DNA of 64,000 bases, taken from contig OZ024740.1 in the NCBI GenBank assembly GCA_964016885.1, positions 192,386,001 to 192,450,000 on the forward strand, in the 5' to 3' direction. The translations under genes were made by a program, and so were the position numbers. The notes below the pieces were generated by a model that was given only the letters and a program-made list of their open reading frames with translations, did no database searches and was not told the DNA's origin. The stretch comes from Eledone cirrhosa (lineage: Eukaryota). Of the stretch, positions 12,316 to 24,249 are shown piece by piece (within the stretch, counting starts at the first letter, position 1; each line of letters starts with the position of its first letter).

Positions 12316-14013
12316 TTACCTTGATCGTGTGGTGCCGGGACAGTAGAATCGTCACTTTGGCTGGTAATGGGTATTTCCAAGAAGAAGTCGGTGTCTATCC
12401 TCTTCGTAACCGACCCTCTGAAGTCTCCAACTGCGTAGGGGAATTTTTGTTTTAAAAGTTTGTAATGTTCTATTTTAATTTCAATGATGCTTATGTTTGT
12501 CGGGAGAGTTCTTGGTGTTGGCGGGGTGTAGTAGTGTTTTTCTGTGATGTCTGTGTGCTGCTTTATATATTGTATGAGTTCTTTTTTTGCCATATTTATG
12601 GCTGTGTACTATTTGGGGGAAGGGGTGATTTTGTTGCTGTTTTCTCCTTGTTGCTGCCCTGCACTTGGTAGCAGCGGACCAGGTATTGGACGGAGAGGGG
12701 CCTTCTTCTTCTCTGTTTTCTGCGGGAAAATGGCCCTAAGGTGAACCTCTGACCCACAGAGATACCATTTTGGCCGTCTTCCTTCTACGCTTATAGGAAG
12801 TTGGAGTCCTTCCTCAATGTCTATGATATCGGGGATAGCGTCGATCATATTCCTGGTCAGTTTGTATAAGCATTTTCATGCCTCTACCTGACCAGTTCTC
12901 TCTCCCTATCTTCCTTCCTTGCAGCATGGTCGTCCTGTTCTCGATTCCAGCAAGAACAGACGCGCCCAGCCAAGGTATGGGCACGTCGGGTGGGACCTGG
13001 GTCACTTTGACCCTCACAATTTTCTGCCCGTAGTAGGAGGGCACCAAGACTATCTCCTCATTCTTTAGGGTTTCCAAAGAATGAGACTTTGCTACCTGCG
13101 AGTGGCGAAAAGTACGTCTACTGTGGCGTACTTTCTGCCTCGGGTGTTGTGGGTTTTGCGTACCAGTCGCACCCCAAAGCCATTTGGATTTGAGCCTCCG
13201 TGGCTCTCTCCACCTGATGTGAGATTTTGCTTACGGTGCGGTATGTCACCGCCTGTAGCTGCTGGTCCTTGAAAAAATCGGGTGGAGGTTTCAGGGAGAC
13301 TATATTGGCGCTTCTTGTCACCATGGCCTTTGCGACTGCCATCTTCTCCTCTGTGACTAACACTGTCTCGATATTTCGGGCGAGACCTGCAAAAGAATGG
13401 TCCTTTTTTCAGCAGCACCACTATTGCTGCTGCTGCTGGTCTTACTGGTGGTGCTGAGATCGCTGTTACAGGTATCGATGTCATTGTTGATACTGTTGTT
13501 GTTGTTGTTGTTGTTGTTGTTTTCGTTGATACTGTTGTTGTTGTTACTGTTATTGTGGCTGTTGTTATTGCCATTGTTATTGTCGTTCTCGACCTTACCG
13601 CTGTTATTTTTGTTATTGTCGTTCTCGACCTTACCGCTGTTAATTTTGTTGGATACATATAATATCCCTTCCAATCTAATTTATCAGAATATACGGTTGA
13701 GCTAACCAATATGGCAAAGACAATGATGAGTTCGAAGATATTTTACGTATTGTGAAGGCATTTACAGAGTTGACCCTATTTGAACTGTCTTACAAAAACA
13801 TTACAATTGAACTCGCCAATATCTTGAAACAAGAAACGAGTGGATGCTGAAATTCGATGTTGGACGTGAGAGGTTTAAAAAGCTTAATTCTTTCTTAAAG
13901 ACGGCCAAAAATAACTACTGATCGCAGGATTGATATCCAACCCTGACACAGACGGAACTGTAAAATAAATGGCTAAAAAGTACTTGATCAATTAACAGCG
14001 AGGCAGTAACTAC

Positions 14014-14075
14014 AGAAGAAGAAGAAGAAGAAGAAGAAGAAGAAGAAGAAGAAGAAGAAGAAGAAGAAGAAGAAG
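14014..14075 (+). repeat. (GAA)n microsatellite
   Basis: Directly visible. Confidence 0.95.
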
Positions 14076-14149
14076 ATATTTAATGCATGGTGTGTTGAAA
14101 TCGCATTGTATTTGTCATGGTGATTGTAATATCACTCCTATTTTGTCTA

Positions 14150-15300
14150 CCTCTGTATTAGAAAACTATATGTGATCTATTTTTCATGGATAGTCTAAAG
14201 TTGTTCGTCACGGTGAGCCATAAATTATCCGTGAAAAACGTGACCATCAACTACAATACTTAATATCAGTTGTAAATGTTTCAAAAGCTACTGTTAACAA
14301 AATCCAAAGTTGAATTTGATGAAGAAAAGTGTTATAACGGATGTAGAGCCAGAGGAGAGATACCACTACTTATGGGTATATGAAGTTGAGGAAATAAACA
14401 CTCAATGAAGAGGGATATGATTAGAAAAGGATGCTGTCGCAGGGAAAGGGAAATTCTAAAATCAAAGCCAAACCCATTAAACAGGACTGAAGTACTTTTT
14501 ATGATATATATTTATCCATACCGGTCATAACATATTCTCTCCACACTATTAAGTGGTCAAGTGCTGAAATCTGTAAGCCTGTCAGAAGAAAGTCGGAAAT
14601 TGTAGACAATGAATGGAATGCACCAACCTAACGCAGACAGAATGAATTTATTCACCAAGAAATAAAGGAAGTCTTAGACTCCAACAGCTGAAATTATCAT
14701 TTAAAATGTCATGGTTGGACTAAACTCTTATCAGAAAAACTCTAACTGGATGCTAATACTTATTTTACATTACGAAAAGAGCAAAGCATTATATTCTGTA
14801 ACGGAAAATAAATAAAAGGATGAATTCCAAATACCGTAGAATAAGTCCTAGAATTAAATGCATTATGATCAAGCACAGTAAAGGCTAAAGTCATGAAAAA
14901 CTTGAATACAAATGTAGTCTTAAAGTACTCTTACCTGCATTTGGCAAAAAAAGAACACATTCTGGTGTATACCGAGAGAAAGCTAGCAATGCTGATGTAT
15001 ACAAAACTCTCCCCTAAGATTGATTTAAAACCACCCACCGACAAATGTGTTTATCATAACAGCCCACGGTCAATGCCTACATACAAACAGCTATCGGGAC
15101 AACATCTGAAGTAAAAATCAGGAAGTAAAATGTCGGGAATATAAAAACAGCCGGATACCTTCAATGGCATAGTTTCCGGATGAAGCCTCCTTACAATCTC
15201 AGAGTATCTCAAGAGGCATGATAAAACTGTTGAGTATAACCAATGGGTTATTTGCAAATACCAGGACTTGGAAATATAAAGAACACTGCTGGAAATATAA
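14150..15300 (+). mobile_element. Old, highly decayed Dong/R4 relic
   Basis: Nucleotide similarity to copies B/C: 'ctatttttcatggatagtctaaagttgttc' (LFFMDxLKLF), 'ggaatgcaccaacctaacgcagac' (MHHPKAD-like), 'gagtatctcaagaggcatgataaa' (EYLKRHD), 'aaataccaggacttggaaata' (KYQDLEI). Confidence 0.7.
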
Positions 15301-15329
15301 ATTTCACTACAGAATACGATCTGCAATGC

Positions 15330-15800
15330 CCAATAGAGTTTGTCTACGTTGGCGCATTCGGAAAATCCAGTCGGTACAAGTCAAATAGATAGAAAGTCTG
15401 AGCCGGTGTGAGAAGCTTTTACAAACCCATCCGCTTTCAGCTGGCCTCACAATAGGTCTCCAAACGACTGAGTATCTCATGCTGTTATGCCTCTCTCGGA
15501 GTCTTGGCAGCCACTAGCCTAATAGCATCTCCTTCGTTGTTTGTCACATACCGAACCACCATCGTATCTTATGCGTCCAGGAATATGGTTCGTATTGTGA
15601 GATCAAAGACTTTCCGAAACAACACAGCGAATTCGCATTCGGAGGGCGAGGAGATACGTACACCTCGTAGCCGCCAAAGATGGTTGATGGTTGCGCGGCC
15701 TGGTGCCTTGGAAATTCTGATCTCGGGTGATCCCCCCGCATTTTTGTTCAATAACCTGAGGTGGTAGAGCATGCGGCCAAGCTTCCAGGATGACTCAGAC
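15330..15800 (-). mobile_element. Decayed Tx1 APE-domain fragment
   Basis: Minus-strand translation (IFGGYEVYVSP, LFRKVFDLTIRTIFLDA) parallels the APE at 11800-12315. Confidence 0.7.
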
Positions 15801-17339
15801 CACATGCATTTATACTACCTACCCCGAGGAAGGTCAAATTTGATGACGGGCATGGTGTATAGAATCACTTATCATATTTGTTTGAAGGAAGGACATTATA
15901 TCTGTTCATTCGGCAGGTTGTTGGCCCTCACGCAAGAATATAACAGTAAACTCCTTTACCTATCGCCCCTCGAACGTCACAAATTCCATTGGAAGATTTT
16001 AGATCGAATTCAATATATGATTGTTCAGTGATCTGTATATATATGTGTAAGGAGGCTACTTAAAATATATGAGCTTTACTTGAAAGTTTAAGTTTAGAAA
16101 TATGCAACTAATTTTGATCTGGATACAGCATAGTCAATCGATATACATCATTACGCTTCCTTAAAAGAATATTTCTTCTCCTAGATTACGAAATGACATT
16201 AAAACGTAAAGTCTGTTTGTTAACAAGCTCTTATATTATTTCCACCGTTTCACAATACTAATATTATTCAGCATAATAATGCCATTTGCAGGAGTGGAAT
16301 TTCTCAAAAACGGTGAGGCGCAAACTATTTGTTTCCTTTTAACATGACTTGTGTTCAATTCTTACTCTCCCTGCCTCTCTTCATCTCACTCCCCTTTTGC
16401 ACTTTATCTATCCGTGGTTGATAAAATAGATTCCAGCAATAGAGAATTAATCTAATCAATAGCCGCACAATTTTCCTGCAATAATTATCCATGTGGCTAT
16501 TTATAATGTAACTCAATAATATATCATCTGTACCACCAAATATTGCCTTACAAAGTATTGACAAGTTCAATTATCTTTCATAGGGCTTCTCAATGATAGA
16601 TTACATTTTCTGAAAGTTTGCCTCTGTTAAATATGCCGATCTGCAGACTATGAAATTATTTTAGATGCATCAACTTAGTAGATAATTCAATTACTCTTAG
16701 ATGAGTTTATGAACAGACTTATAAGATACCCTATATGAGCATGTACTTCATTTCCATAAGTAAAATATCTACACATGTATCTCACATTTCCAGTTAAAAT
16801 GTAAGAATTTTGTTTCAGTATTAATTTCATAAAGTTTCAAACAAAAATATAAAATGTTCACTACTGCTAATGTCACAATAGATAGCTGGAATTCAAAACA
16901 CTCTCATAATATGAGACGTGTGGATGTATTCGCTAATAGTACTGTGGTTCTCAATGTTAATCAGACTATACTATTGAGAATGAAAATTGAAAGAAAATGT
17001 GTTGAAGCCTAATCATAATTGAAAGAAAATGTGTTGAAGCCTAATCATAATTGAAACATATTCCAGTACACCTGTTATCAAGAACATTCCAATTAGGACC
17101 ATAGCATTTATAGCATGTCTGAGTTTCAGACATACTATAAGCAATGCGTTCTAACTATTGAGGTTCAAATTCTTTATTATTTCTTGTAGGCCAAGTGACG
17201 ATTTTCAGCTGACAGGAGTTGTAATATGCAAGATCTCACTCAATACTAATCCTAATATGCGAAGTGGAACGTATACATACGATGAATATATAATTTTTTT
17301 ATCCTATTAGATTTAGTAAAGTAACCATAATAACATTAT

Positions 17340-17545
17340 ATTAGTTTCTGATTTAGGCACAAAGCCAGCAATTTTAGAGGAGAGAAAAATCGATTAGATC
17401 GACCCAGTACGTTACAGGTACTTTATTTTATCGACCCCCGCATGGGTGATATGTAAAATTAAAATCGACGGGAGTTGACATCAGAACATAAAGGGACGTA
17501 AATCATGCTATCCGACGCACTACTGATACTGCCATACCGCCGCCC
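17340..17545 (-). mobile_element. tRNA-derived SINE (cephalopod family, Meta-domain-like core)
   Basis: Reverse complement carries the core ggggtcgataaaataaagtacc and tail ttgtgcctaaa shared with the other copies in the window. Confidence 0.8.
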
Positions 17546-17789
17546 TTGTCTTTTATTGAGAAAGGAAAAGACAATAATGTAAATGCTAATAAGGTTCGTA
17601 TAGTCAATTAAATGGACTCCACTGTATGCATCCATGGTCCCGTAACTCTTCAAGGGGTCGCAAGTGCACTGTATTCATATTCGGCGTTTCTAGAGCAATT
17701 TAGAATCTGGTGCAGTCAATATGCCTTCCTGTTAATATCACAGAAGATGTCTTCCAAAGAATGATAAAGTGACAGAAAGAATGGAAGTG

Positions 17790-17950
17790 AGAAAAAGACA
17801 GGGGAATGATTGACCCCGGTGCTAGAATGGTACTCTCTTTATCGACGTTAAACGGCTGAACAGAGAGAGAGAGAGACAGAGAAAGAGAGACGAAACGAAT
17901 ACCGCAAAGCATTGTATCCGACGTTCAAATAATTCTACCATTTCGCCACG
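17790..17950 (-). mobile_element. Decayed SINE of the same family
   Basis: 'gattgacccc..tggtactc..tttatcgac..gaataccgcaaagcatt..ccgacg' matches the family on the minus strand. Confidence 0.6.
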
Positions 17951-18755
17951 TTATACTCCACGATATATATGCTATTTGATCAATAGCTTTCTATGAAGAA
18001 TGCAATGTCAAAGAACACTCCGGAACTATATGAATATTTAACAAAGAATGTATTTTTCTAGTGTTCCCCACCTCTACATATTGATCATTCAAATTAAGCT
18101 AGTGTAGCGGTAATACGATTTATTGATACAAATGAAATATTCCCCAAGATTTATATTATCGACCTTTCAAATGTTTTAAAGAATGCGTTACTTGAATGAC
18201 GTGGATTTAGAAACATAAAGCGCACAACAAGATATCATAAATCATGTGGCTGTCTACTTGTTATTTACGTTAGTTTTAAATATCCAATACATAATGTGAA
18301 ATACTAACTTTTAAACTATTCGTTGTATATTTTAGTTTAACTGCAAGGTTCAAATATGTGTAAGCATTGGCAAAAGGCCACACAATTATAAATACATTGG
18401 TACATACGCGTGATTGGATAAGCAATGCATCTGTATTTTCTTTGGGATGATAAGGAAATGTTGGACGTTAGCAGAATTTAATCGGAGACAATAAAGCAAT
18501 ATAATTAAATGCCACATACAATTAATTCCAGTTCACTACCATTATACATTTACTATCGAAGTTACAGTTTCAAACATGAAAAGTTCATAGAATGGGTAAT
18601 TTAAAAAAAAATAAATGTGCATTGTTTTGTAAATATATGCCATCATATTGGTGAATATATTTTGAAATAAAAAGCGTTATATTTAAAAACATATATACCT
18701 CACACACACACACACCTGTATGTATGAAAAACCACAGACCCTCCATCTCAACTCA

Positions 18756-18793
18756 CCTTTTGAAAAGCAGAAGAACTGCGAAACCGGTAAAGG
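18756..18793 (+). ncRNA. Minimal type-I hammerhead ribozyme, U3-A8 core variant
   Basis: CCTT-[TTGAAAA]-GCAG-aagaa-CTGC-[GAAA]-CCG-GTA^-AAGG. Stems I and II pair perfectly; stem III is the palindrome ACCGGT. Confidence 0.65.
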
Positions 18794-19053
18794 AACCAAA
18801 TAAATATATATATTTAAAAAAAAAATAAGACTTCAGTTGCATTTTCGATGTCATCCCTTTTTCTTTATACTTCCACTCGTGTAGGACACCTCGGTTATTT
18901 TTCATTTTGTAAAAAAAACCTCACTTTCTAATATATATATATATATATATATTTATATTAAAGTGTTAAACAATATTCAATGATTATGTCAAAGAATGAG
19001 TTTTACAGTAGATTGGAAGCAATCAACGGTAAAATAATTTTCTGGAGTTATTA

Positions 19054-19276
19054 ATATTAAAATATAAGTATTAATAAAATAGATGTACTTTTGATCAATT
19101 ACATTTTATTATACATATTTCGGAGATAAACCTTTATTAAATCTTAACGATTTAACATCTCCGGGTATGTCATGTATCATTATATTTTGTCTGATGAGGA
19201 CGTACTGTTGTACATCCGAAATATGTATAATAAAATGTAATTGATCAAAAGAACATCTATTTTATTAATACTTATA

Positions 19277-19285
<9 letters not shown>
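19054..19285. repeat. Foldback: ~71-bp inverted arms (19054-19124 / 19215-19285) next to (TA)n
   Basis: Arms are reverse complements with about one mismatch. Confidence 0.9.
19179..19241 (+). ncRNA. Type-I hammerhead ribozyme
   Basis: attatattttgt-[CTGATGA]-GGACGTAC-tgtt-GTACATCC-[GAAA]-TATGT-ATA^-ataaaatgtaat. 12-bp stem I with G-U pairs; 8-bp stem II with one mismatch. Confidence 0.8.
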
Positions 19286-19356
<71 letters not shown>

Positions 19357-19359
<3 letters not shown>

Positions 19360-22215
19360 GTAACACTAACTTCAAAAAACGTGACAATCACCTGATCACC
19401 TATAGATCCGGGGAACACACAAGCCAGGTATATTATATCCTTACCAGAAGACGTGACAGAGTGTCTGTTGTAAACACTAAATCCCTCCCCCATGAAGAAT
19501 GCACCTCCCAACATAGACTGATAATTAGCGACCTCATAGTCAGGACGAGACGTACTCGACAGCAGAAGAGGACTATCCTCAGGAGAAAAATATGGAAGCT
19601 AAAGGAACCCACATACAAAAATAAATTTCAAAACATATTACTTGATGCTTTCGACAGTAAGGAAGAACATTTAGAGTCGGATAATATAGAGGGACAGTGG
19701 GAATTTCTGAAAGCAAACCTGCTGTTGGCGACAGACGAAGTCTGTGGCTGGAGCAGGCCTGTAGGCAGGAGGAGAGTAACATGGTGGTGGAACAGTAAGG
19801 TGGAGGGGTCAATTAAGGCCAAAAAGCAGGCTTGGAAAGTATGGCGGGATGGGGGAAGTAGAGTAGACTATCAAGTGGCCAGGAGGGAAGCTAGGAGAGA
19901 AGTGTACTTAGCAAGAAGGGAAGCTGAGGAAAGAAAGTTCAAGCATGTCCTACAACGCGATGACCAAAAACGTGAGGTGTTCAGGATTGCTAGGCAATGC
20001 GTCAAGGAAAACCGTGATATTGTCGGGGAGAAGTGTGTACTTAACGATGATGGCATACTTGCCATCACCGACACTGATAAGAAGGTAGCTTGGAAGTGTC
20101 ACTATGAAAGGCTACTAAATGAGGAGAATAAATGGGAGAAAGAAAGTCTCCCCCATGTCGACCCAATAGAGGGACCAGCAGTGTTAGTCGAGGGGAGTAT
20201 AATAAGTAAGGCAATCAAGGATATGAAGACAGGTAAGGCGGCTGGGCCTTCGGAAATAGTTGCTGAGATGCTGAAGGCATCTGGCACGGTGGGACACACC
20301 ATGGTCACCCGCATAGTTAACCAAGTCGTACAGAATGGGGTTGTTCCGAAGGACTGGCATAGCAGCATCATCGTTAACTGTTATAAGGGTAAAGGAGACG
20401 CCCTAGATAGGAGTAACTATAGAGGCATTAAATTAATCGACCAGGTCATGAAGGTCACGGAAAAAGTAATAGCGCAACTAATCAGAGAGAGAATTGACCT
20501 AGATGAAATGCAGTTCGGGTTTGTGTCAGGCAAAAGTACCACATACGCTCTTTTCATAGTACGACAACTACAGGAGAAGTTCCTAGCTAAAGGTAAACCC
20601 CTCTACTTAGCTTTTGTCGACTTGGAGAAAGCCTTCGACAGAGTCCCCCGCTCCATTATCTGGTGGGCTCTTAGAAAACTAGGCGTTGACGAATGGCTTG
20701 TGAGGGCTATACAAGCCATGTATAAAGAAACAGTCAGCAAGGTTAGAATTAACAACGAATATAGTGAAGAGTTTAGCGTAAAAGTTGGCGTCCATCAGGG
20801 CTCTGTTCTCAGCCCCCTACTATTTATTATTGCCCTTCAGGCTATAACAGAGGAGTTCAAGACAGGCTGCCCATGGGAACTCCTATACGCAGACGACCTG
20901 ACACTCATAGCGGAATCAATGGCCGAGCTAGAGAAGAAATTCCAAACATGGAAGCACGGCCTAGAGTCAAAAGGACTTAAAATTAACCTGGCTAAGACCA
21001 AAGTTCTAGTTTGTAGGAAAGAAAACAAGGCGGCGGTCCCTTCTGGGAAATGGTCGTGCTCGGTGTGTAGGAAAGGCGTAGGTAGAAACTCCATTTTATG
21101 TCCTAAATGCAAAGTATGGGTGCATAAAAGATGTAGTGGGATCACAGGTAAGCTAACTAAGAACATAGATTTTACATGTGGCCGGTGTTCTGGTGCAATA
21201 AGTAGCAGCAAGTGCCCACAAAATACTAGCTCTTTCAATTGCGCAGAGGGTTCTATAGAAATAGTGGACAGCTTCCGTTACCTGGGCGATAAAATCAGCA
21301 GTGGGGGAGGGTGCTCTGAAAGTACTGTAGCTAGAGTCAGAACTGGTTGGAAAAAGTTCAGAGAGCTTATACCACTATTAGCTGCTAAAGGGTTCTCCCT
21401 AAAAATGAAAGGCAGGTTGTACGATGCCTGCATACGAACAGCAATGTTGCATGGCAGTGAGACCTGGGCATTGTGTGCAGAGGATATACGCAGACTAGAG
21501 AGGAACGAAGCTTGCATGCTCCGCTGGATGTGTAACAGTAATATACGTGAACGGCAAAGCATAAACGAACTAAGGAAAAAATTAGAGATAAGAGGGATCA
21601 GATGTTGTTTACTCGAGAGAAGGCTACGTTGGTATGGACACGTGATGCGCATGAAAGTCGATAGCTGTATAACAAAGTGCAGGGCAATAAAGATAGACGG
21701 TAGCCACGGAATAGGCAGATCTAGAAAAACCTGGGACGAGCTGATAAACTCCGACCTCACACACTTACACCTCTCCAAGACAATGTCACTGGACCGAGAC
21801 CTTTGGCGGTACTCAGTAACAGAGAAGACCCGCCTTGCCAGTAGGCATCTCTAACAAAATACACCCCGTCCCGCCACCACCCCCACCCATCCACACCACC
21901 CCGTCCTATGTAAAGTTATGTTGGTGCCGCGCCATCGAGGCCGAAACAAATGAGATCGTGTAGGTGTCACGACAAAAAAACACACAGTCCACGCTGTAAT
22001 GTGGCCGTGTAGGCAACACGGTAAAAACCTCCCAGACCCACACTGTAAATGTGGTTGGTGTTAGGAAGGGCATCCAACTGTAGAAAACCTGCCAGACAGT
22101 CCTATGCGAGCAAGACAATCACTCTTGCCTCAAGTGGGACTACCCCCGTCCAAACCCATGCAAGCGTGGAACACGGACGTTAAACGTTGATGATGATGAT
22201 GATGATGATGATGAT
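19357..22215 (+). mobile_element. RTE-clade (RTE-X-like) LINE, 5'-truncated within APE, with (GAT)n tail, inserted in (TA)n
   Basis: APE C-terminus (NTNFKKRDNHLITYRSG; SQHRLI), 797-aa ORF, 3' UTR with 'gttggtgttaggaagggcatccaactgtagaaaac', tail 'ggacgttaaacgttgatgatgat'. Confidence 0.93.
19461..21854 (+). CDS. RTE-type ORF (APE end - RT with inserted Cys/His zinc finger - C-terminal domain), uninterrupted
   Basis: GKAAGPSEI, NYRGIKL, QFGF, FVDLEKAFDRV, GVHQGSVLSP, LYADD, CSVC..CPKC..WVHKRC..CGRC, FRYLG, RLRWYGHV. Confidence 0.9.
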   Translation: MSVVNTKSLPHEECTSQHRLIISDLIVRTRRTRQQKRTILRRKIWKLKEPTYKNKFQNILLDAFDSKEEHLESDNIEGQWEFLKANLLLATDEVCGWSRPVGRRRVTWWWNSKVEGSIKAKKQAWKVWRDGGSRVDYQVARREARREVYLARREAEERKFKHVLQRDDQKREVFRIARQCVKENRDIVGEKCVLNDDGILAITDTDKKVAWKCHYERLLNEENKWEKESLPHVDPIEGPAVLVEGSIISKAIKDMKTGKAAGPSEIVAEMLKASGTVGHTMVTRIVNQVVQNGVVPKDWHSSIIVNCYKGKGDALDRSNYRGIKLIDQVMKVTEKVIAQLIRERIDLDEMQFGFVSGKSTTYALFIVRQLQEKFLAKGKPLYLAFVDLEKAFDRVPRSIIWWALRKLGVDEWLVRAIQAMYKETVSKVRINNEYSEEFSVKVGVHQGSVLSPLLFIIALQAITEEFKTGCPWELLYADDLTLIAESMAELEKKFQTWKHGLESKGLKINLAKTKVLVCRKENKAAVPSGKWSCSVCRKGVGRNSILCPKCKVWVHKRCSGITGKLTKNIDFTCGRCSGAISSSKCPQNTSSFNCAEGSIEIVDSFRYLGDKISSGGGCSESTVARVRTGWKKFRELIPLLAAKGFSLKMKGRLYDACIRTAMLHGSETWALCAEDIRRLERNEACMLRWMCNSNIRERQSINELRKKLEIRGIRCCLLERRLRWYGHVMRMKVDSCITKCRAIKIDGSHGIGRSRKTWDELINSDLTHLHLSKTMSLDRDLWRYSVTEKTRLASRHL

Positions 22216-22238
22216 ATATATATATATATATATATATA

Positions 22239-22274
<36 letters not shown>

Positions 22275-22295
22275 TATATATATATATATAACACA

Positions 22296-22436
22296 AAGAA
22301 AATGTGGTTAAATACCACAGGTGGACCATACCCACCACAGTACTCGATACTTAGGCTAGTAAAGCTCCGGCCGGTTCGACAAATAGATTCGAGTGGCGCG
22401 AAATGGAGCTTAGCCGTCGGGCTCCTGACTCTTTTC
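22296..22436 (+). repeat. Short TA-embedded repeat related to the 27188/38682/52048 family
   Basis: Shares 'aatgtggt..a..ac.caggtggaccata...cacca.agtactc.atacttagg' and 'agccgtcggg.tcct.actc' with the other copies. Confidence 0.6.
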
Positions 22437-22559
22437 ATATGTATATATATATATATCTATATATATAATATAGATATATATATTTTTTTTAACGATCGAA
22501 TTTCGCCAAATCAGACCGAGGAAACAATGTTTCCGCTAGTCTTTCCAATTGCTAATACT

Positions 22560-22650
22560 ATATATCGGTCGCAACATCAGTTAGAAGGAGCAACGTGAAA
22601 TAAAGTGCCTTGCTCAAGTACATAACTCATCGCCCTGTCCAGGAATCGAC
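22560..22650 (-). mobile_element. Partial SINE (second family)
   Basis: 'gcaacgtgaaataaagtgccttgctcaag...ccaggaatcga': reverse of a B-box followed by ttgagcaaggcacttt. Confidence 0.5.
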
Positions 22651-22655
22651 ATATA

Positions 22656-22715
<60 letters not shown>

Positions 22716-23053
22716 AAAAGGGAAGTAATGTTCTATACAAAACAGTGGTTATAGAGAAAAGGTTAAGTTGGAAAATATATATTAGCGTCTATTTTAAATC
22801 TTGAATTTTTAGTTTTTAACTGTTATTAATTTATTAAACTGTAATACTCAACATTTGATGCATTTTAATAATACATCGAAAAAATAATATTTTATACCCT
22901 TTATATACATCATAAAACTCATTTTTAAAAGAACTGTCCCTCTCATATTTTCAATAATATCACTTTGACGAAACAAAGAAAGGGAAAAAAAAGAAAAACA
23001 GTACCTAAATTATATTTTCCGTGCTATTTCCAGCTTCACCTTCTCTCTCCCCA

Positions 23054-23108
<55 letters not shown>

Positions 23109-23131
23109 TATATATATATATATATATATAC

Positions 23132-23221
<90 letters not shown>

Positions 23222-24118
23222 TACATGCATCAATATATACATCAGTTTCGCAGGCTATAATGATAACTTTTAATTATTCTTCATTTTTAATATACATTTT
23301 GTTTTCTCTCGCACTCCTTATATCTTCATCCCTTCACACATACCTAATTATATCCTCAATATTTATTTCAATGTTTCTACCTTTATCTCATTCCTACCTC
23401 TACGTCTTCTTTCTGCAAATTTTACGATTTGTATTACACGTGTTCACCCCCTCCCCTCCGCTTTACAGAAACCATCCACTACCGACCCCAAGTTAAAGTT
23501 TTTAAAAATAATGTTTAAGTGCATCTTTAAATGTCACATAGCTTTGCTTCCCTTTAAATACCGTCACGTTAGACTAACTTGTCTGAAAGACGACATATAG
23601 ATTCATATATTTTGATGTCTATGATAGTTTAGCCGCCAATACGGCTAAACTATCATCATTAAGGAATGACAATCTCTAAGACGGATGTATCCCTGTCGCC
23701 ACTTTGCCGCCCCTACCCAATCTACCACACCACTCAGAAAGCTTTCACCAGGTGTCATTCGGGGTCCATCGGCTATCGATATAACATCATGTTTGCAAGC
23801 TAATCCCGAATCGCATTACATAATTCTAGAGAAAACGTCTGATGAGATCGTTTGATCTTGCCTCATATGGGATGACAGAGCTGTGCCACCGACATTTGTA
23901 TAGTGATTTAATGGAATTAATATACTAAAGTAAATTTTCCAATCCGGCATTTTGTTGTTCTTTTAATGAATAGTTTACTACGTTCGTACACCAACCACCG
24001 GATACCACATCATCGATGGATGATTTCCATAAGCTTGAGTGATTTAATTAATTAGTTGCAACATGGTTTACCAACCCGGACTACCAGTTCCAGACATTGG
24101 TAAACAACCTATCATAAA

Positions 24119-24178
<60 letters not shown>

Positions 24179-24201
24179 GGGGGGGGGTTGCATGTGTGTG
24201 C

Positions 24202-24236
<35 letters not shown>

Positions 24237-24249
24237 GTATAAAAGAGAA

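Larger units (their letters stand above)
8591..13650 (-). mobile_element. Tx1/L1-clade LINE, near full length, disabled (ORF1 + APE-RT-zf ORF2)
   Basis: ORF1 pieces 13363-12312 include a degenerate knuckle (VEGRRPKWYLCGSEVHLRA). APE 12315-11800 (INSRGL, VAISETR, LVAVYAP, VGDWN). RT 10946-9729 (KSPGFD, LDQSKAFDRV, VRQGCPLS, FADD). C-terminal FQKSLAWQCYRG. 3' AATAAA at ~8597. 5' boundary uncertain. Confidence 0.9.

Noticed and set aside
13092-13709. Thr-rich, Asn-rich and Leu-rich overlapping ORFs
   Set aside because: Explained by (TTG/CAA)n low-complexity sequence at the Tx1 5' end.
16985-17057. 32-bp tandem duplication (and a ~70-bp duplication at 420-560)
   Set aside because: Ordinary local slippage duplications.
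17190-17275. Possible host exon after a pyrimidine-rich ...cttgtag acceptor
   Set aside because: No recognisable protein similarity and no convincing donor site.
23838-23870. CTGATGA followed by a GATC-gttt-GATC hairpin
   Set aside because: No GAAA box or stem I; it lies in what looks like a decayed minus-strand LINE fragment.
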